Shown in pieces: positions 48,340 through 64,000 of a DNA stretch of 64,000 nt. Position numbers and translations under genes: made by a program. The stretch comes from Tubiluchus corallicola. Lineage: Eukaryota; Animalia; Priapulida. The notes beneath the pieces are model-generated. The model was not told the origin of the DNA and did no database searches. It saw nothing but the letters and a program-made list of their open reading frames with translations. Every line of letters starts with the position of its first letter. The first letter of the stretch is position 1. Location of the stretch: contig JAQGDQ010000188.1 of NCBI GenBank assembly GCA_030141605.1, forward strand, positions 355,500 to 419,499, read 5' to 3'.

Positions 48340-48705
48340 ATGGGATCACGTGGCATTCCAAATGACCGAGTAAATTTGCGACTTATTCTGGTCAGTGGCA
48401 AAACCAAGGAGTTTCATTTCTTATCTACCGAGTCAGCAGGTGAAGTAGTCACACACGTGTTTGAAAATTGGCCAGATGATTGGAGCGAAGAAGCTGTTGC
48501 CAAGCCAAGTATCCTGAGACTTATATATCAGGGTCGTTTTCTTCATGAAAACGTGACATTGGGTGCACTGAATTTACCTCTCGGTAGAACAACAGTGATG
48601 CATTTAGTTCCACGAGAAAACTTGGGAACATCGCCAAATAGTTCACAAGACACTCGAAAGAGCGGTTCAACTTCATGCTGCAGCAATTGCTGTGTGTTGC
48701 TATGA
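48340..48705 (+). CDS. UBL3: Ubiquitin-like protein 3 (membrane-anchored Ub fold); CDS in a single exon
   Basis: VNLRLILVSGKTKEF...ENWPDDW..E....ILRLIYQGRFLHENVTLGAL.LP.GRTTVMHLV; C-terminal CCVLL prenylation box; acceptor tttttaAG at 48229-48230. Confidence 0.96.
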   Translation: MGSRGIPNDRVNLRLILVSGKTKEFHFLSTESAGEVVTHVFENWPDDWSEEAVAKPSILRLIYQGRFLHENVTLGALNLPLGRTTVMHLVPRENLGTSPNSSQDTRKSGSTSCCSNCCVLL

Positions 48706-49743
48706 ACTATTGAGCACCTGTTACAAAGCACAAGTTACGCAGACTAACTTTAGATTATTTTGTGTTGTAAATTTAATATTTTCACAAGGCTGTTACACCT
48801 CCACTAGCAATGGTTTTAAATGACGTTTTGCAGGTTTAAATGTGATTTGGCTGTGAATTGTTATGCTGTGACTAGTTTGAAGAACACGTTTGCTACTTAC
48901 TTAACCATCATATACATATAAATATATATATATATATACTGCAAAACTCTGACTTGTTTGTGTGAGCATGATAAAAATAACTTAATGGTAAAAAAGCTGC
49001 TACAGTTGTTATGTTATAACGCGTGTACATTTGCCTACTTTGAAAATAGCATAAAGGGCAGAGAGTAAACTGAATTACTTCGTGAGCGAATCAGAGCTTA
49101 GTTAAATTGATTTTTTTCTCGGTTCTATTAAAAACATTACTACCATGCCTATGCTGACAGGAAATCGTAACGTTAAAATCTTTCAGAAAACTATTATCAT
49201 CGAATTAATGAAAATGTAAGTATCATAAAGAATTTGATGTTATAATTTTATATTTAGTTTTTTCTTATAATACTGTAGTGTAGTTTTTGCAGAATACTGT
49301 ACTGCAGTATAGTTTAGTACCACCAGGTAACAGCATAATTTGCACTTATTTTTCCCAGACAAGCCCTTCAATTGGCACTTCTAGGAAGGAATAGAATTAG
49401 CTCCCTAGTTTGGTTGATCAGGTTGAATGTGAAAACTGCTTCACAATTCTGATATGGTTTTTGTGTTAACTATAACATCTGAAATTGCCCAAATATAGAA
49501 AAAACCTTCTACTGCCGAGCCCGAGTCACCATGTCTGTGTATCACTGTTAGAGGTTTACTTTTATGGCTAATTGACAGATGCAAATGAAAGACACGTGTA
49601 AAAAGTGACAGCAGATTACCGTGTCGATTATCATCCTGTTGTCATGGCTGTCAATTTCCAGATGCACCTGTGTAGCACATACCATTGCAAAAGCCAAATA
49701 CGCATTGGCATAATGCAAAAGACATTGAGTTTGAGAGACAAGA

Positions 49744-49831
49744 TATAGTTTGCTCAAAGCTTGACACCATGAGGTTTAGTATTGCATTATAGTTTGCTCA
49801 AAGCTTGACACCATAAGGTTTAGTGTTGCAT
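49744..49831. repeat. 44-bp tandem duplication in the probable UBL3 3'UTR
   Basis: TATAGTTTGCTCAAAGCTTGACACCATRAGGTTTAGTRTTGCAT x2. Confidence 0.9.
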
Positions 49832-51930
49832 TCAGTCAACAGGCTTTTTTCTGGCTAATTATTTTTGTTTGACAAAGAAAAATAGCTACTAAATCTCTCA
49901 CAAATTATCTGTGCTGATTAAAAAGACTTGTTTCTTTTTTGTTCCAACTTAGGTTGCAATGTCATAAATCAGCCTTGCAAGTTTTATGCTCTTTGCACTT
50001 ACGTACATGCTGAAGTACTTTGCAATTTCTTAATTCGAATTCTTTTAATCTGTACTGTACATGAAGTAGTTCTTAAAAAATGCAAAATGATAGTTGGGTA
50101 TGCAGAAATTGAACCCAAATGCAATGCATGTTAGAAAATCGTACAAAATTTCATTGTGTATATACCGATGCAATACCGAGACCAAAATCTTCGGATTTGC
50201 TCTTTTAGTTAACAGTTTTTGATTTTTTTGTATACTAGTCAACAAATAACGTAACCTTTGATAATAAACCAGAGGTTTATTTTTTGTACTCTTTTTCATA
50301 CTCTTTGTATCAATTTCTGGAGAAATTTTTGAAAACTGACGTTGTCGTTATCATATTTGTTGGTACTTTCAAAATGTCAGCTATTTTGTTTATTACTAGA
50401 GATTCATCACTCTGTTAACTTTACGTGTTTCTTTTCAGGTTTGTGGATACAGTTACTACACATAATCAGCAGCTGCTAATTCTTCCCATGTCTTTTCTGG
50501 TTGCTAACAATCAGCAATTGAACCATATCCTGGCAAGCATAGTGCTATGACTGTTAGTTAATGACTTGGTGTTTGTCTTTTCTTTATTTTAACTCTCATT
50601 CTAATTTTAAAGTAAAGCTAAGAATGTTTATATTGTTGTGTGAATAACCTTCTTGTGTTGAAATTGATCGTGAATTAATTACGTTGCATTTCCTTTATTA
50701 TTACTCGATTTTGTGTCGCTGATAAGCACCACCTTAAAAGTACATTCACTAAACTGCACAAACTGATTTCGAAGGGATGCTTATGCAGTCACATTCATTG
50801 AATGTGCAATGCAGTGAATACCTTTTATGCATTGTCAGTTTCACCTGCTTGGACAATCAAATTCACTTACATTTAAATAATATGGCAATTATTTGACAAA
50901 TGGGCATACTTGCTCATGATTATTTTCTGAATTTCTAATGAACTTTCATGTATTAAGAACTGCATATAATGTATTGTTCTTCATAGCAGTTATATTTCTT
51001 TCACTTTTGCTAGCTATAGCACCCAAGGGAGTACGATGTGCACGGACTTTGGCAAATGTCATACAGTTCTAGTTGTAACAGCTGGATTTCAGCAAAGTTA
51101 TATTGTTACACGTTATTGAAACGTGTGCTGGTATTAGTATCAGCTGGAAATTTTGATCAGAAAATTTCGTATAAGTTACAATACTTAGATATTATTTAAC
51201 CCTGGCAAATTTTAATTAATCTAAGTACTATGACATCATTTTTCTTATTAAAGTGCTGTTTAGATCACTATTACTATATTATCGAGCTGCAAGACTAGGT
51301 GAACAAAAAGCTGTAATTATATTTATCATATGTAATACCAGTATTGTTACTGTAGTGCGGTAACTAAATACAGCTGCAGTTTTGTCTGAAAAGTACCCAT
51401 CTTGCATAAACCTACATTACACTTTTGTTAAGTAGCTTAGTGTACTGTATTATACATAGCTTTTATTTTCAGGCAGTTGTTTTCTTGCCATATTTCAGAG
51501 ATGCTGAGTCAGTAGCATATTAGTTCTTTTTTTTTGAAAGGTAGTACGTGCTGGCCACATGTAATTGATGTAGTTTGTAAATATTAGGAAGGAAGCATTC
51601 AAGCACCGACCTTTACACCGTTTAAATGGGAGCTTTCCTTAATATACAAATATATGATACCGTGTTACGAAAGCTTCCGAATTGCTTTGTGATAGCTGAC
51701 AACATTTATGGCTGTTTTTTCAACCTTGATCTCATCGCTCGAACTCCATTCTAACATCTGCCAAAGGACACATTATCCAACTGAATTGCAATACATAATA
51801 TGTACAGATGCAACATGCACATGTATATAATCACTAATGTTGTTGTATTTACAATTATCAATCACATATATGTACATATATCTATCACACCTTGCTTGGA
51901 GCATGCAGTGGTTATTGCTGATTGCATGTG

Positions 51931-51936
51931 AATAAA
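51931..51936 (+). terminator. Candidate poly(A) signal for UBL3
   Basis: AATAAA followed by GT-rich gatttgttttg; it would imply a 3'UTR of about 3.2 kb. Confidence 0.35.
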
Positions 51937-53216
51937 GATTTGTTTTGAAATTGTGAATGTTATAAATATTTACAGGGAAAAAGATAGCAGATATTTATCA
52001 TTTGTCTGTTCTTTTTGATTAATTTGAAATAACATAACAGTTTGGTACAAGTATTTAAACATCTTATAATGTAACAATATCAAAAAAGTGTTAACAAAGT
52101 TTTCTGATCTGCAGATATAATGTTGACAATTTCAGTATTCAGTAAATTGCGTAACTTGCAAAGAAATTAACAGTACAGTAAATTCACAGTTATAACTCGA
52201 TATTCGTTACATTACGATTCTAGAGTTTAGACTGTCTAGTCACGATGAACATTACGTACAAAATGTGACTGTAAATTGTATGAAAAAGCAGTGAGGACAT
52301 TGAGCAAACAAATTGTTGCCGTTAGGGATAAGAACACTGAGCACAGTTAGTTAAGGAGTATGCAAGAAAATATATGGACCAGAAACTGGTTCCATCTTTC
52401 TTGTTGTGCCTACTGAAAATGGATAAAGCTCGAATAGCAAGTAAAATTTATTTACTCTCATTCTTATCATTGCTAAAATGTTTGTAGATTATTATAATTA
52501 ACACCTTTTTTAACTTTTTTCCTAGTTGTAGAATTGCATATTCATAAAGTAACATGATATTAAAATCATCTGTCTATAATATTTACATTAAATTTTTCTA
52601 TGTAATTACATTTAGCTGAAAAGTTATGAGCACTATTCTGCAAAGCCTACTGAGTAATAAATGCAAACTAAAATCAAAATTTAATTTATTGCTAAGACAG
52701 TTCATACTTACACACTATCTTATGTATGTACATCTACTTAAGTTAATAAAACAAATTCTGACTAAATGTAATATTCCTTGCTCACTTCTAAAGCTACTAT
52801 ATAATAATGGTCTGTCTGAATGACTAAGCCTTTCTAGGTTAATTTTGTGTATACAAATATCTTACCTTCAAGTTCATTGTAAGGTTTTCAGAAAATTGTG
52901 ATTCTTCGACGAGTTAAAACAATATTTGTTTTATTACAGCAATTACTATTAGTACTTTAAAATTAGTTGTATAGAAACATTAACATGTTTATCATACCCT
53001 ACATAATTAAGCTTAGAATAATTTCATTTTTATGGCCAACTATTGTTGTTTTACACAGCACGGTTTTAGCCATATGGTCTAAATCAGATTTAAAGGGCAA
53101 TTAATTATTAGTTTGTTGCTGGTAGTAGCTAAGATTTTATCTAAGACTAAATTAACAGACTTGTTTCTTCATCTTCTGTATTCTATACAATTCTATGCAG
53201 ACTTTCCATTTTACTG

Positions 53217-63932
<10,716 letters not shown>

Positions 63933-64000
63933 TCAATAACTAGTATACGCAAACACAAACTCAAACTCGAGAGTACTAATGCAAAAAATAGTTGTATGTA

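Noticed and set aside
49326-50440. Possible intron in the UBL3 3'UTR (CAG|GTAACA ... tttcttttcAG)
   Set aside because: Only isolated splice-like motifs, with no frame constraint to test them.

Overview
AT-rich, intron-containing animal genomic DNA; an invertebrate, possibly a lophotrochozoan (inference only). Six protein-coding genes lie on strictly alternating strands. (1) USP2/USP21-like deubiquitinase (+, CDS in one exon). (2) eIF1/SUI1 (-, 3 exons). (3) SETD2 H3K36 methyltransferase (+, 20 coding exons, about 2011 aa). (4) DAP/DAP1 (-, 3 exons). (5) UBL3 (+, CDS in one exon). (6) The 3' part of a neurobeachin-like NBEAL gene (-, PH-BEACH-WD40, running off the right edge). Introns and intergenic DNA hold a decayed CR1-group LINE, a decayed R4/Dong-like retroelement next to a (TAA)n tract, and many TIR elements (hAT-, Tc1/pogo- and Mutator-like MITEs). 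The best non-obvious signals are: a Mutator-like element whose 9-bp target duplication copies the DAP exon-1 splice donor; three candidate in-frame microexons (3, 12 and 9 nt) plus a candidate recursive splice site in NBEAL WD40-region introns; a diverged copy of the SETD2 stop-codon region inside one of its own introns; a Y-x-G-x-D-G-Q-P repeat exon in SETD2; and one MITE family found upstream of three genes. No prokaryote-type system is present. All exon models were read by eye and need RNA-seq confirmation.
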